A DNA stretch of 64,000 nucleotides from an uncultured beta proteobacterium (GTDB lineage Bacteria > Pseudomonadota > Gammaproteobacteria > Burkholderiales > SG8-39), in the NCBI GenBank assembly GCA_963832685.1, contig CAWHUZ010000005.1, forward strand, positions 141,582-205,581, written 5' to 3'. Shown here piece by piece: positions 54,803-63,560 of this stretch (positions are counted from its first letter, which is position 1; every line of letters begins with the position of its first letter). The notes under the pieces are model-generated. The model was not told the origin of the DNA. It searched no databases and saw only the letters and a program-made list of their open reading frames with translations. The translations under genes were made by a program, and so were the position numbers.

Positions 54803-56227
54803 ATGCCGCCACGCATCGTTCCCGTGATCCTCTCCGGCGGCAGCGGCAGCCGGCTGTGGCCGATGTCGAGGAAGCTCCTGCCGAAGCAGTTCCTGCCGCT
54901 CGTGACCGAGCGCACGATGCTGCAGGACACCGCGCTGCGCCTGGAGGGTCTCGCCGACTGCGGCGCGCCGATCCTCGTGGTCAACACCGAGCACCGCTTC
55001 CTCGCCGCCGAGCAGCTCGCCGCAGCCGGCGTCGCGCCGCGCGCGGTGCTGCTCGAGCCGGTCGGGCGCAACACCGCGCCCGCGATCGCCGCCGCCGCGC
55101 TGTGGCTGCGCGCCGAGCAACCCGACGCGCTGCTGCTGGTGCTGCCCTCGGACCACATGATCCTGGATGCCGCCGCGTTCCATGCCGCGGTCGGCGCCGC
55201 GCGCCTCGCCGCCGAGCACGGGCTGCTGGTCACCTTCGGCATCCGCCCCACCAGCCCCGCCACCGGCTACGGCTACATCGAAGCCGGCGAGGTGATCGCA
55301 GGCTGCCCCGGCGCGCGCCGCATCCGGCGCTTCGTCGAGAAGCCCGACGAAAAGGCCGCGCGCGGCTTCCTCGAGCAGGGCGGCTTCTACTGGAACAGCG
55401 GCATGTTCCTGTTCGGCGCCGCGCGCTACCTGGCGGAGCTCAGGCGCCAGCGCCCCGACATGCTGGCCGCGGTCGAGCGCGCGCTCGCGGCCAAGACGAG
55501 CGACCTCGACTTCGTGCGCCTGGATGCCGAGGCGTTCTCGGCCTGCCCGGCCGAGTCGGTCGACTACGCGGTGATGGAGCACACCGCCGACGGCGCGGTG
55601 GTCGAGGGCGACTTCGGCTGGAGCGACGTCGGCTCGTGGTCGTCGCTGTGGGATATCGGCGCCAAGGACGCCGCCGGCAACGTGCTCGCCGGCGACGTCG
55701 CGGTGGCCGACGCAAAAGACTGCTACGTGCGCGCCGACGCGCGCCACGTCTCGCTGCTCGGCGTCGACGGGCTGCTGATCGTCGAGACCGACGACGCGAT
55801 CCTGATCGCCGCGCGCGAGCGCGCGCAGGAGGTCAAGGGCATCGTCGAGCGGCTGGAGAAGGCCGAGCGGCGCGAGCACGTGGCGCACTCGCGCGTGTAC
55901 CGCCCCTGGGGCTACTACGAGTCGATCGACGCCGCCGAGCGCTTCCAGGTCAAGCGCCTGATGGTCAAGCCCGGCCACGCGATTTCGCTTCAGCTGCACA
56001 ACCACCGCGCCGAGCACTGGGTGGTCGTCTCCGGCACCGCCCTGGTCACCCGCGGCAACGACGAGATGATGCTGGAGGAGAACCAGTCCACCTTCATCCC
56101 GCAGGGCGTCAAGCACCGCCTGGCGAACCCCGGCACCCGGCCCTTGCTCATCGTCGAGGTGCAGTCCGGCAGCTACCTGGGCGAAGACGACATCGTGCGC
56201 TTCGACGACAAGTACAACCGGACCTGA
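54803..56227 (+). CDS. manC: Mannose-1-phosphate guanylyltransferase / mannose-6-phosphate isomerase (bifunctional type II PMI-GMP)
   Basis: 474 aa with N-terminal VILSGGSGSRLWPMSR and the C-terminal cupin ..SLQLHNHRAEHWVVVSGTA.. Confidence 0.9.
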   Translation: MPPRIVPVILSGGSGSRLWPMSRKLLPKQFLPLVTERTMLQDTALRLEGLADCGAPILVVNTEHRFLAAEQLAAAGVAPRAVLLEPVGRNTAPAIAAAALWLRAEQPDALLLVLPSDHMILDAAAFHAAVGAARLAAEHGLLVTFGIRPTSPATGYGYIEAGEVIAGCPGARRIRRFVEKPDEKAARGFLEQGGFYWNSGMFLFGAARYLAELRRQRPDMLAAVERALAAKTSDLDFVRLDAEAFSACPAESVDYAVMEHTADGAVVEGDFGWSDVGSWSSLWDIGAKDAAGNVLAGDVAVADAKDCYVRADARHVSLLGVDGLLIVETDDAILIAARERAQEVKGIVERLEKAERREHVAHSRVYRPWGYYESIDAAERFQVKRLMVKPGHAISLQLHNHRAEHWVVVSGTALVTRGNDEMMLEENQSTFIPQGVKHRLANPGTRPLLIVEVQSGSYLGEDDIVRFDDKYNRT

Positions 56228-56306
56228 AATCGGGGTCAGACCCCATTTTTAGATTCTAAAATGGAGTCTGACCGCCATTTCATAAATGAACTCTGACCCC
56301 GATTTT
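56227..56306. repeat. Three REP copies between manC and galE
   Basis: AAATCGGGGTCAGACCCCATTTTT (56227-56250), its inverted partner AAAATGGAGTCTGACCGCCATTT (56258-56280), and AAATGAACTCTGACCCCGATTTT (56284-56306). Confidence 0.85.
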
Positions 56307-57324
56307 CGAACCATCCTGGTCACCGGCGGGCTGGGCTACATCGGCTCGCACACCTGCGTCGCGCTCGCGCACGCCGGCTACCGGCTGGCGATCGTCGACA
56401 ACCTTTCCAACTCGAAGCCCGCGGTGCTCGAGCGCATCCGCGAGCTCGCGCCCGGAGCGAAGATCGACTTTCACCGCGCCGACCTGCGCGAGCGCGGCGC
56501 GCTCGACAAAGCCTTCGCAGCACAGCCGGTCGAGGCGGTGATCCACTTCGCCGGCCTCAAGGCGGTCGGCGAATCGGTCGAAAAGCCGCTGCTGTACTAC
56601 GACAACAACGTCGGCGGCAGCATCGCGCTGCTCGAAGTCATGGCGCGCCGCGGGGTGAAGCGGATCGTGTTCAGCTCCTCGGCCACGGTGTACGGCGAGC
56701 CCGAGCGGCTGCCGCTGACCGAGGACCACCCCCTGCGCCCGGCGAGCCCCTACGGCAAGACCAAGCTGGTGATCGAGCACCTGCTGGCCGACGCCGCCGC
56801 GGCCGACCCGGGCTTCAGCCTACGCGGCGCTGAGGTACTTCAACCCGATCGGCGCCCACCCCTCGGGCCGCATCGGCGAGGACCCGCGCGGGGTGCCGAA
56901 CAACCTGTTTCCGTATCTCACCCAGGTCGCCGCCGGGCGGCTGCCGAGGCTGCGCGTGTTCGGCGCCGACTACCCGACCGGCGACGGCACCGGCGTGCGC
57001 GACTACATCCACGTCGTGGACCTCGCCGCCGGGCACCTCGCGGCGCTCGTCTACCTGGAGAAAAAGAAGCGCTCGATCACCGCCAACCTCGGCACCGGGC
57101 GCGGCTACTCGGTGCGCGAGACGGTGCGCGCGTTCGAGAAAGCGACCGGCGTCAAGGTGCCGCTCGAGATCGTCGCGCGCCGCCCGGGCGACATCGCGGC
57201 CTGCTACGCCAACGCCTCGCTCGCCGCGCGCACGCTGGGCTGGCGCGCGAAGCTCGGGCTGCCGGAAATGTGCCGCGACGCCTGGCGCTGGCAGGCCGCA
57301 AATCCGGACGGTTATCCGGGCTAG
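56286..57324 (+). CDS. galE: UDP-glucose 4-epimerase, frame broken once
   Basis: [13 protein letters not shown] Rossmann fold and YGKTK catalytic motif. The junction ..DPGFS|[22 protein letters not shown].. is restored by skipping one base near 56820. The only in-frame start (ATG 56286) lies inside a REP copy. Confidence 0.9.
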
Positions 57325-57349
57325 AATCTCCTCGAAAGGGGGAACACCG

Positions 57350-58378
57350 ATGAAGCCCGCAATCACCGCATTCGCCGCCGTCGTCGCCGTCGTCGCCGTG
57401 TCGCTCGCCGCGCCCGCCAGCCACGCCGGCGCCCTGGAGCTCAAGTTCTCGACCTTCGTGCCGCCCACGCACGGCTTCGTCACCGACGTGCTCCAGCCGC
57501 TGGGCAAGGAAATCGAGAAGAAGTCCGGCGGCGCGGTCACGGTGCGCGTGTTCGCCGGCAACTCGCCGTTCGGCAAGGTCGCCAACCAGGCCGACCAGGT
57601 CAAGCAGGGCGTGGTCGACCTCGCCTTCGGCCTGAACGGCATTCCGCGCGGGCGGTATCTGCGCACCTCGATCATGGAGATGCCGTTCGTGGCCGAGAGC
57701 GCCGACCTCGCCACCCGCACGCTGTGGGCGATGCGCAACGGCGCGCTGGCGGAAGACTGGAAAGGCTTCAAGCTCGCCGCGCTGCAATGCCACAACCCCG
57801 GTCTGTTCCATACCCGCGACAAGCGGCTCGAGACGATCTACGACGTCAAGGGCCTGCGCATGCGCGCGCCCAACCCCTCGACCCAGGACCTGCTCGCCTA
57901 CCTCGGCGCCACGCCCGTCGGCATGCCGCCGGGACAGGTGTACGAGAACCTCGAGAAGGGCGTGATCGACGGCGCGGTGTTCCCGTGGGACGCGATCAAG
58001 GGCTTCCGGCTCGAGAGCCTGCTGAAAGAACACCTCGACGCGCGCGTGTACACCGCGTGCTTTCACCTGGTGATGAACCCCGAGCGCTTCGCGACCTATC
58101 CGGCCGCGGTGCAGAAAGCGATCGACAGCTCGATCGGCACCCCGCTGGTGGACAAGTTCGGCGGCTGGTGGGCGAAATGGGACAAGGCCGGCTACGACGC
58201 GGCGATGAAAGCCGGCGGCAAGCTGGTGCCGGTGTCGAACGCCACGCGCGAGAAGTGGCGCGAGCAGCTCCGGCCCGTGGTCGATCAGGAGCTCGCCAAG
58301 CTGGAAAAGGAAGGCGTGCCCAACGCCCGCGCGATCTACGACGAGATGCGCCGGACCGAAGCCAAGCTCGCGAGGTAA
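57350..58378 (+). CDS. dctP: TRAP transporter substrate-binding protein (DctP family)
   Basis: 342 aa with a signal peptide, followed by DctQ/DctM genes. Substrate unknown. Confidence 0.85.
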   Translation: MKPAITAFAAVVAVVAVSLAAPASHAGALELKFSTFVPPTHGFVTDVLQPLGKEIEKKSGGAVTVRVFAGNSPFGKVANQADQVKQGVVDLAFGLNGIPRGRYLRTSIMEMPFVAESADLATRTLWAMRNGALAEDWKGFKLAALQCHNPGLFHTRDKRLETIYDVKGLRMRAPNPSTQDLLAYLGATPVGMPPGQVYENLEKGVIDGAVFPWDAIKGFRLESLLKEHLDARVYTACFHLVMNPERFATYPAAVQKAIDSSIGTPLVDKFGGWWAKWDKAGYDAAMKAGGKLVPVSNATREKWREQLRPVVDQELAKLEKEGVPNARAIYDEMRRTEAKLAR

Positions 58379-58391
58379 GGGTCAGCTCCGA

Positions 58392-58448
58392 AAAAATGGG
58401 GTCAGAGTCCAATTCATGAATCTCGAATTGGACTCTGACCCCATTTTT
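58392..58448. repeat. REP inverted pair forming a perfect 24-bp hairpin
   Basis: AAAAATGGGGTCAGAGTCCAATTC - ATGAATCTC - GAATTGGACTCTGACCCCATTTTT. Confidence 0.9.
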
Positions 58449-58922
58449 CGTATCGCCGACCGTGCCGCCCGCTGGCTTGCCTACACCGGCATGGCGCTGC
58501 TGTGCGGCGCGATGCTGGTGCAGATCGCCGACATCGCCACCCGCCGCACGCTCGGCTTCTCGATCCTCGGTACGATCGACCTGACCCAGCTCGGGGTCAT
58601 GGGCTGCGTGTTCCTTTCCATGCCGCTCGCGTTCCTGCGCGGCACCCACGTCGGCGTTGAGTTCCTGACCGACCTGCTGCCCGCGCCGCTGCTCGGTGCG
58701 GTCAAGCTCGCCGCGGGCCTCATCGCCGCCGCATTCATGCTCGCGCTCGCCTGGTACGGCCTGCTGCAGGCGCAAATCGCGCTCGCCCAGGGCGACAAGT
58801 CGGTCACGCTCGGCATCCCGATGATCCTGTACTGGGCGCCGCTGCTTCTGGGCACCCTCGCCTCGGCGGCGACCGCGCTCATCGCCGCACTCGGCGCGCT
58901 GCGCCGGACCGAGCCCGGCTGA
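58416..58922 (+). CDS. dctQ: TRAP transporter small permease (DctQ family)
   Basis: 168 aa with 4 TM segments. The predicted ATG is the first triplet of the REP hairpin loop, and the only alternative in-frame starts (TTG 58428, ATT 58443) are also inside the REP. Confidence 0.8.
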   Translation: MNLELDSDPIFRIADRAARWLAYTGMALLCGAMLVQIADIATRRTLGFSILGTIDLTQLGVMGCVFLSMPLAFLRGTHVGVEFLTDLLPAPLLGAVKLAAGLIAAAFMLALAWYGLLQAQIALAQGDKSVTLGIPMILYWAPLLLGTLASAATALIAALGALRRTEPG

Positions 58923-60217
58923 TGCAGGGGCCGCTGCTCGGCGTCGCGGGCTTCGGCGCGGTGCTGCTGCTGATCGCGCTGCGCGTCCCGGTCGGCATCG
59001 CGATGGGCACGGTCGGCGCGCTCGGCTACGGCCTGACCTACGGCTGGTCGAGCCTCGCCTTCGTGCTCGGGCGCGCGCCGTTCGACTCGGCCTTTCCGGT
59101 CAGCCTGTCGGTGGTGCCGCTGTTCGTCATGATGGGGGTGTTCGCCGGCCGCACCGGGCTGTCGCAGAGCCTGTACAACCTGGTCGCCGCGTTCATCGGA
59201 CACCTCAGAGGCGGACTCGCGCTGGCCACCATCGGCGCGAGCGCCCTGTTCGGCGCGGTGTGCGGCTCCTCGATCGCCACCGCCGCCACCATCGGCCGCA
59301 TCGCGCTGCCCGAGATGCGCCGCCACCACTACGACGACCGGCTCGCGGCGGCCTCGGTCGCCGCCGGCGGCACGCTCGGGGTGATGATCCCGCCTTCGAT
59401 CATGTTCGTGATCTACGGCCTGATGACCGAGAACCCGATCGGCAAGCTGTTCGTGGCCGGCATCCTGCCCGGCCTGCTCGGGGTGGGCCTGTACATGGGC
59501 GCGGTGCGCTGGGTCACCTGGCGCCACGCCGGGATGGGCCCCGCCGCCGAGCGCCACAGCTGGCGCGAGCGCCTGCGCGGGCTGCGCGAGGTGTGGCAGG
59601 TGGTGCTGCTGTTTGGCGTGGTGCTGGGCGGAATGTACCTGGGCTGGTTCTCGCCCACCGAGGCGGCCGCGGTCGGGGCCTTCGGCGCCTTGCTGCTCGC
59701 CGCGCTCGGCGGCGCGCTCTCGCGCGACGTGCTGGCCAAGGGCCTGCTCGAGACCGCCGGCACCAGCGCGATGATCTTCATGATCCTGATCGGCGCCTCG
59801 GTGTTCAACTTCTTCGTCGACGCCACCGGCCTGACCCAGTCGATGATCCAGTTCGTGCGCGAACTCGGCTGGGGCCGCTTCGAGGTGCTGGCGGCGATGT
59901 GCGCCCTCTACATCCTGCTCGGCTGCCTGATGGACAGCCTGTCGATGATCCTGCTCACCCTCGGCGCGGTCTATCCCCTGGTCAAGTCGTTCGGCTTCGA
60001 CTCGATCTGGTTCGGCGTGCTGCTGGTGACGCTGTCCGAGATCGGCATGATCACCCCGCCGGTCGGAATGAACCTCTTCGTCCTGCGCAGCGTCGCCGAC
60101 ATCCGGCTGGAGACCATCGCCAAAGGCATCCTGCCCTTCATCGCCGCCGACGTCGTTCGCATCGCGCTCATCATCGCCTTCCCCCTGCTCGCCACCTGGC
60201 TCCCCGGGCGGATGTGA
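58922..60217 (+). CDS. dctM: TRAP transporter large permease (DctM family)
   Basis: 431-aa polytopic ORF. Its start overlaps the dctQ stop (TGATG). Confidence 0.9.
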   Translation: MQGPLLGVAGFGAVLLLIALRVPVGIAMGTVGALGYGLTYGWSSLAFVLGRAPFDSAFPVSLSVVPLFVMMGVFAGRTGLSQSLYNLVAAFIGHLRGGLALATIGASALFGAVCGSSIATAATIGRIALPEMRRHHYDDRLAAASVAAGGTLGVMIPPSIMFVIYGLMTENPIGKLFVAGILPGLLGVGLYMGAVRWVTWRHAGMGPAAERHSWRERLRGLREVWQVVLLFGVVLGGMYLGWFSPTEAAAVGAFGALLLAALGGALSRDVLAKGLLETAGTSAMIFMILIGASVFNFFVDATGLTQSMIQFVRELGWGRFEVLAAMCALYILLGCLMDSLSMILLTLGAVYPLVKSFGFDSIWFGVLLVTLSEIGMITPPVGMNLFVLRSVADIRLETIAKGILPFIAADVVRIALIIAFPLLATWLPGRM

Positions 60218-60274
60218 AAAATCGGGGTCAGAGTCGAATTTGAGAACCAAAAATTCGACTCTGACCCCGATTTT
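60218..60274. repeat. REP inverted pair forming a perfect 24-bp hairpin
   Basis: AAAATCGGGGTCAGAGTCGAATTT - GAGAACCAA - AAATTCGACTCTGACCCCGATTTT, starting 1 nt after the dctM stop. Confidence 0.9.
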
Positions 60275-60317
60275 CCTGGTTTCCAGCAACTTTCTATTTC
60301 GTCCATAACGGAATAGA

Positions 60318-60788
60318 ATGGCAAGCATGCGAACCGTCGATGCGACGCAGCTCAAGACCGACCTCGGGCAGGTGCTTTCGCGCGCCGCGGTGGAACGGCT
60401 GGCGGTGCGCCGCCACGGGCGGGTGATTGCCTACCTGGTGCCCGCGCACGAGTTCGAGGCGCCCGCAGGCAAGCGAGCCGCGAAAGCCGCCCCCCTGCCC
60501 GGGTCGTTGTCGCGCGCGGAGGAAGAACGGCTGCTGCAGCTGGTTGCTTCGGGCGACTTGCGCCCATCGCGCTGGCGGCGCGCCGGCGACCCGCGGCTGC
60601 TCGCCGGACTGGCTGTCCTGCTGGGAAGCGTCGACCTGGGCGACCGCGCGCGGCTCATGGCGCTGGCCGAGCAGCTCTCGCCCGGCATGACGACCCTGGA
60701 GCGCGCCAACGCATGGCTCGAGCAGTCGCCGCTGAAGCCGGATCGCTTCCTGCCGCTGCTTCGCGCGCGCCTCGCCTCCCGGGGCTGA
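60318..60788 (+). CDS. Phd/YefM-like antitoxin-fold N-terminal domain fused to an uncharacterised ~100-aa helical C-terminal domain
   Basis: MRTVDATQLKTDLGQVLSRAAVERLAVRRHGRVIAYLVPAHEFE resembles Phd/YefM N-termini. I recognise nothing in the remainder (no HEPN Rx4-6H). Confidence 0.6.
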   Translation: MASMRTVDATQLKTDLGQVLSRAAVERLAVRRHGRVIAYLVPAHEFEAPAGKRAAKAAPLPGSLSRAEEERLLQLVASGDLRPSRWRRAGDPRLLAGLAVLLGSVDLGDRARLMALAEQLSPGMTTLERANAWLEQSPLKPDRFLPLLRARLASRG

Positions 60789-60791
60789 GGC

Positions 60792-61409
60792 GTGCCTGCG
60801 AAAAGAAAACCGCGCATCGAGCTCAAGGCCGATCCGGAATACTGGAAGGCGTTCGCGCAACTGATGGCGCGCATCGAGGCGGCGCTGGGGGACTATTCCG
60901 GGCCGCCCGTTCCCGTCTATGTCGCCGGTGGGGCCGCAAGCCACATCTATACCGGCGCGCGTTTCTCGCACGACATCGACGCGGCGATCGGCCGCCGTCT
61001 GCTGCTGCCCCGCAACCTCGAGGTGATGTACCGGGACGCCGACGACAGCTTGCGCACGCTGTACTTCGATCGCCAGTACAACGACACCCTCGGCCTCATG
61101 CATCAGGATGCCCAGCGCGATTCCGTGCCGATCGACGTGCCGGGGGTCGATCCGAAGCGGCTGCAGGTGCGCGTCCTCGCACCGGTCGATCTCGCCGTGT
61201 CCAAGGTGCCCCGCTTCGCCGATCCCGATCGCGAGGACATCGCCGCGCTGGCACGCGCCGGTTTGCTGACCGCGGGAGATCTGCGCCAGCGCGCCAAAGA
61301 CGCGCTGGCAGGCTACATCGGGCGCGTGAGCGACCTCCGGATCTCGCTCGACCTCGCCTGCCGCCTGATCGAAGACGCGAGGCGGCCGCGCCAGGCGAAA
61401 AAACGGTAG
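60792..61409 (+). CDS. Minimal nucleotidyltransferase-fold protein (AbiEii/DUF6036-like)
   Basis: GTG start 3 nt after the upstream stop. Pol-beta NTase signature hG[GS]-x13-DhD (VYVAGGAASHIYTGARFSHDIDAAI), later ..LAPVDLAVSKV..DPDREDIAALARAG.. as in AbiEii-type proteins. Confidence 0.6.
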   Translation: MPAKRKPRIELKADPEYWKAFAQLMARIEAALGDYSGPPVPVYVAGGAASHIYTGARFSHDIDAAIGRRLLLPRNLEVMYRDADDSLRTLYFDRQYNDTLGLMHQDAQRDSVPIDVPGVDPKRLQVRVLAPVDLAVSKVPRFADPDREDIAALARAGLLTAGDLRQRAKDALAGYIGRVSDLRISLDLACRLIEDARRPRQAKKR

Positions 61410-61415
61410 TACAGG

Positions 61416-61498
61416 AAAAATGGGGTCAGAGTCGAATTTGCGGTTCTCAAATTCGACTCTGACCCCGATTTTTCATTTCGGGGTCTGTCCCCGATTTT
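61416..61498. repeat. REP inverted pair plus a third REP copy
   Basis: GGGGTCAGAGTCGAATTT (61422-61439) / AAATTCGACTCTGACCCC (61449-61466) with a 9-nt loop, then TTTCGGGGTCTGTCCCCGATTTT (61476-61498). Confidence 0.9.
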
Positions 61499-61513
61499 AG
61501 CTAAACTCGCCCC

Positions 61514-62113
61514 ATGCCGAAATCCAAAAACGTCTTCACCGTCGCCCACCGCGTCAGCGAAGCAGACCGCATCGCCGCCAACCGCCACCGCGGCGGGATC
61601 CTGTGGTTCACCGGCCTGTCCGGCGCGGGCAAGAGCACCCTCGCGATCGAGCTCGAGAAAGCCCTCTTCGCGCGCCGCTACCAGGTCTACACCCTGGATG
61701 GCGACAACGTGCGCCAGGGTCTCAACACCGACCTCGGCTTCTCGCCCGCGGACCGGGCCGAGAACATCCGCCGCATCGGCGAAGTCGCCGCCCTCTTCGC
61801 CGAAGCCGGCTTCGTGGTCGTCACCGCGTTTATCTCCCCGTACCGCGCCGACCGCGAGAGAATCCGCGAGCGCCACCCGAAGTACTTCAACGAGATCTAC
61901 ATCAACGCCTCGCTCGAAGTGTGCGAGCAGCGCGACACCAAGGGCCTCTACCGCCGCGCCCGCGCGGGCGAGCTGAAGGAGTTCACCGGCGTGTCCGCCC
62001 CCTACGAGCCGCCCGCCACCGCCGAGCTCGAAGTGCGCGCCGGCGAAAAGACGGTCGAAGCCTGCCTCGCCGATCTGCTCGCCTTCGTCGAGCGGCGCCT
62101 GTCGCTGAAGTGA
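61514..62113 (+). CDS. cysC: Adenylyl-sulfate (APS) kinase
   Basis: 199 aa with P-loop GLSGAGKST, ..LDGDNVRQGLN.DLGFS..DR.ENIRR.. and ..ISPY..DR... Confidence 0.92.
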   Translation: MPKSKNVFTVAHRVSEADRIAANRHRGGILWFTGLSGAGKSTLAIELEKALFARRYQVYTLDGDNVRQGLNTDLGFSPADRAENIRRIGEVAALFAEAGFVVVTAFISPYRADRERIRERHPKYFNEIYINASLEVCEQRDTKGLYRRARAGELKEFTGVSAPYEPPATAELEVRAGEKTVEACLADLLAFVERRLSLK

Positions 62114-62164
62114 GGGGACAGACCTCGGTACTTTCGGGTTTTGTTTTTCGGGGTCTGTCCTCGG
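62114..62164. repeat. REP pair (degenerate, inverted)
   Basis: GGGGACAGACCTCGG (62114-62128) and CGGGGTCTGTCCTCGG (62149-62164). Confidence 0.7.
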
Positions 62165-62248
62165 TCTACACTTCCGTCATGCCGAGTCACACTTGCTGTT
62201 GAAGCATTGCTCCGCTCCGGTCGGGCGAAGCTATGCTACAAAGCAAGC

Positions 62249-63043
62249 GTGGAATCATGGCCGCAAGATAGTATCTATCGTCGCACTGCCGCCGGCGACA
62301 AGGCGTTGGCGTCGCCCGTCACGACAATACCCCCCGAGTACCGCCGGATTCTCGGGGTAATCGAAGGGCTCACGCACACGGATGTCGTACGGGGTCTGCT
62401 ACGACAGTTCCCGGATTCGTTGCTGGGAGACTGGTTGTCGGAGATGGAAGAGCTTGGATATGTCGTTTCCGATCCCGCCAGCCCCACGCACGATCTGGAC
62501 TTTACCGTTCCCTTGAATGTCGCGCAGGGGGAACCGAGGGTCGCGACGCCCGACGATACAAGTCGGCTCCAGAAGCAGTCGCGCGCAGCCCGCACGGCGC
62601 TCGATCGTGCAGGCGCCTATCTTTCTCCGGACCGACTTCGAAACCGCCAGCCGATCGCGAAAGTTCCTGCCGAGATCGTGATCCTGATCGTGGAGGACGA
62701 CCCGGACCAGGCAGCGCTCGCCAACTTGCGCGTCGGCGCCGCAGGTTACGCCGTGCGTGTTGCGCCCAGCTGCAGAGAGCTGCTCGAGGAGCTTCGCACT
62801 CGTGCGCCTCCGGACCTCGTCTTGCTCGACATCATGTTGCCGGATGGCAACGGCTTTGACGTCCTGACGAATATGCGCCGCCATCCGAAGCTTGCCCTGC
62901 TTCCGGTCGTCATGCTGACGGTACTGGCCAAACCCGAAGACGTGCAGCGCGGCCTCAATCTCGGCGCCGACGGATACATCACCAAGCCATACAGCAAGAA
63001 TATTCTTGCGCAGACACTGCGCAGCGTTCTGAAGCACTCATAG
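62249..63043 (+). CDS. Atypical response regulator: unknown ~140-aa N-terminal domain plus C-terminal CheY-like receiver
   Basis: C-terminal REC domain (ILIVEDDPDQ..DLVLLDIMLPDGNG..VVMLT..GADGYITKP). The N-terminal part (..IPPEYRRILGVIEGLTHTDVVRGLL..WLSEMEELGYVV..) is not recognised. Start uncertain: GTG 62249, or the longest ORF from 62141 inside a REP. Confidence 0.65.
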   Translation: MESWPQDSIYRRTAAGDKALASPVTTIPPEYRRILGVIEGLTHTDVVRGLLRQFPDSLLGDWLSEMEELGYVVSDPASPTHDLDFTVPLNVAQGEPRVATPDDTSRLQKQSRAARTALDRAGAYLSPDRLRNRQPIAKVPAEIVILIVEDDPDQAALANLRVGAAGYAVRVAPSCRELLEELRTRAPPDLVLLDIMLPDGNGFDVLTNMRRHPKLALLPVVMLTVLAKPEDVQRGLNLGADGYITKPYSKNILAQTLRSVLKHS

Positions 63044-63059
63044 CAGGGGGGGATTACCG

Positions 63060-63422
63060 ATGAAGCTCGCGAGCTTACTTGCCAGCCTGCTCGTTACATA
63101 CTGCGGCTCGTCATTTGCGGGCCCGCATCTATGGAGCGGCAATCAATTGTTGCAATACTACCGGGCCTACTTGTCCACTGCGACCAGCCGCGGCAAGAGC
63201 GGGGATATGGCAAGCTTCGGGCTCTATCTCGGCTACATTCGCGCATCTTACGAAATCCTGGCGGTTACGCCCGGTGCAGTCATGTGCATCGATAACTCCG
63301 TTTCTCTCAAGCAGGTCGGGGATGTAGTGGGCCACTACCTGATAGAAAACCCGCAGCAATTGGGCCTGCCGGCCAGCTTTCTTGTCCGCAAATCGCTGAA
63401 AGATGCGTTTCCGTGCAAGTAG
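63060..63422 (+). CDS. Rap1a/Tai4-family periplasmic immunity-like protein (orphan)
   Basis: Signal peptide, then the family pattern SGNxLL.., ..LGYI.., ..MCIDNSVSLKQVGDVVGHYLIENPQQLGLPASFLVRKSLKDAFPC. Lower GC than its surroundings. Confidence 0.6.
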   Translation: MKLASLLASLLVTYCGSSFAGPHLWSGNQLLQYYRAYLSTATSRGKSGDMASFGLYLGYIRASYEILAVTPGAVMCIDNSVSLKQVGDVVGHYLIENPQQLGLPASFLVRKSLKDAFPCK

Positions 63423-63527
63423 CAGAATCTTTTTCGACGTAAACGTCAGTGGCTGGTCGCTTGGCCTGCGCCGGACGATGCGCCGCCCCCGCTCGCCTGC
63501 GCGACGCGAAGCGGCGCCGTCACCCCT

Positions 63528-63560
63528 GAAAACAAAAAAGCCCCGGGAAAACCCCGGGGC
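63528..63560 (-). terminator. Rho-independent terminator on the minus strand
   Basis: Minus strand GCCCCGGG-GUUUU-CCCGGGGC followed by UUUUUUGUUUUC. No protein-coding gene feeds into it. Confidence 0.8.

Noticed and set aside
60450-60788. HEPN domain in the C-terminal half of the Phd-like protein (which would make a classical MNT/HEPN pair).
   Set aside because: There is no Rx4-6H motif. The region contains no histidine at all.
56227-62164. REP clusters as a CRISPR array.
   Set aside because: The repeats occur in inverted orientation, have irregular spacing (9 nt to several kb) and are separated by ordinary genes. There are no unique spacers of constant length and no cas genes.
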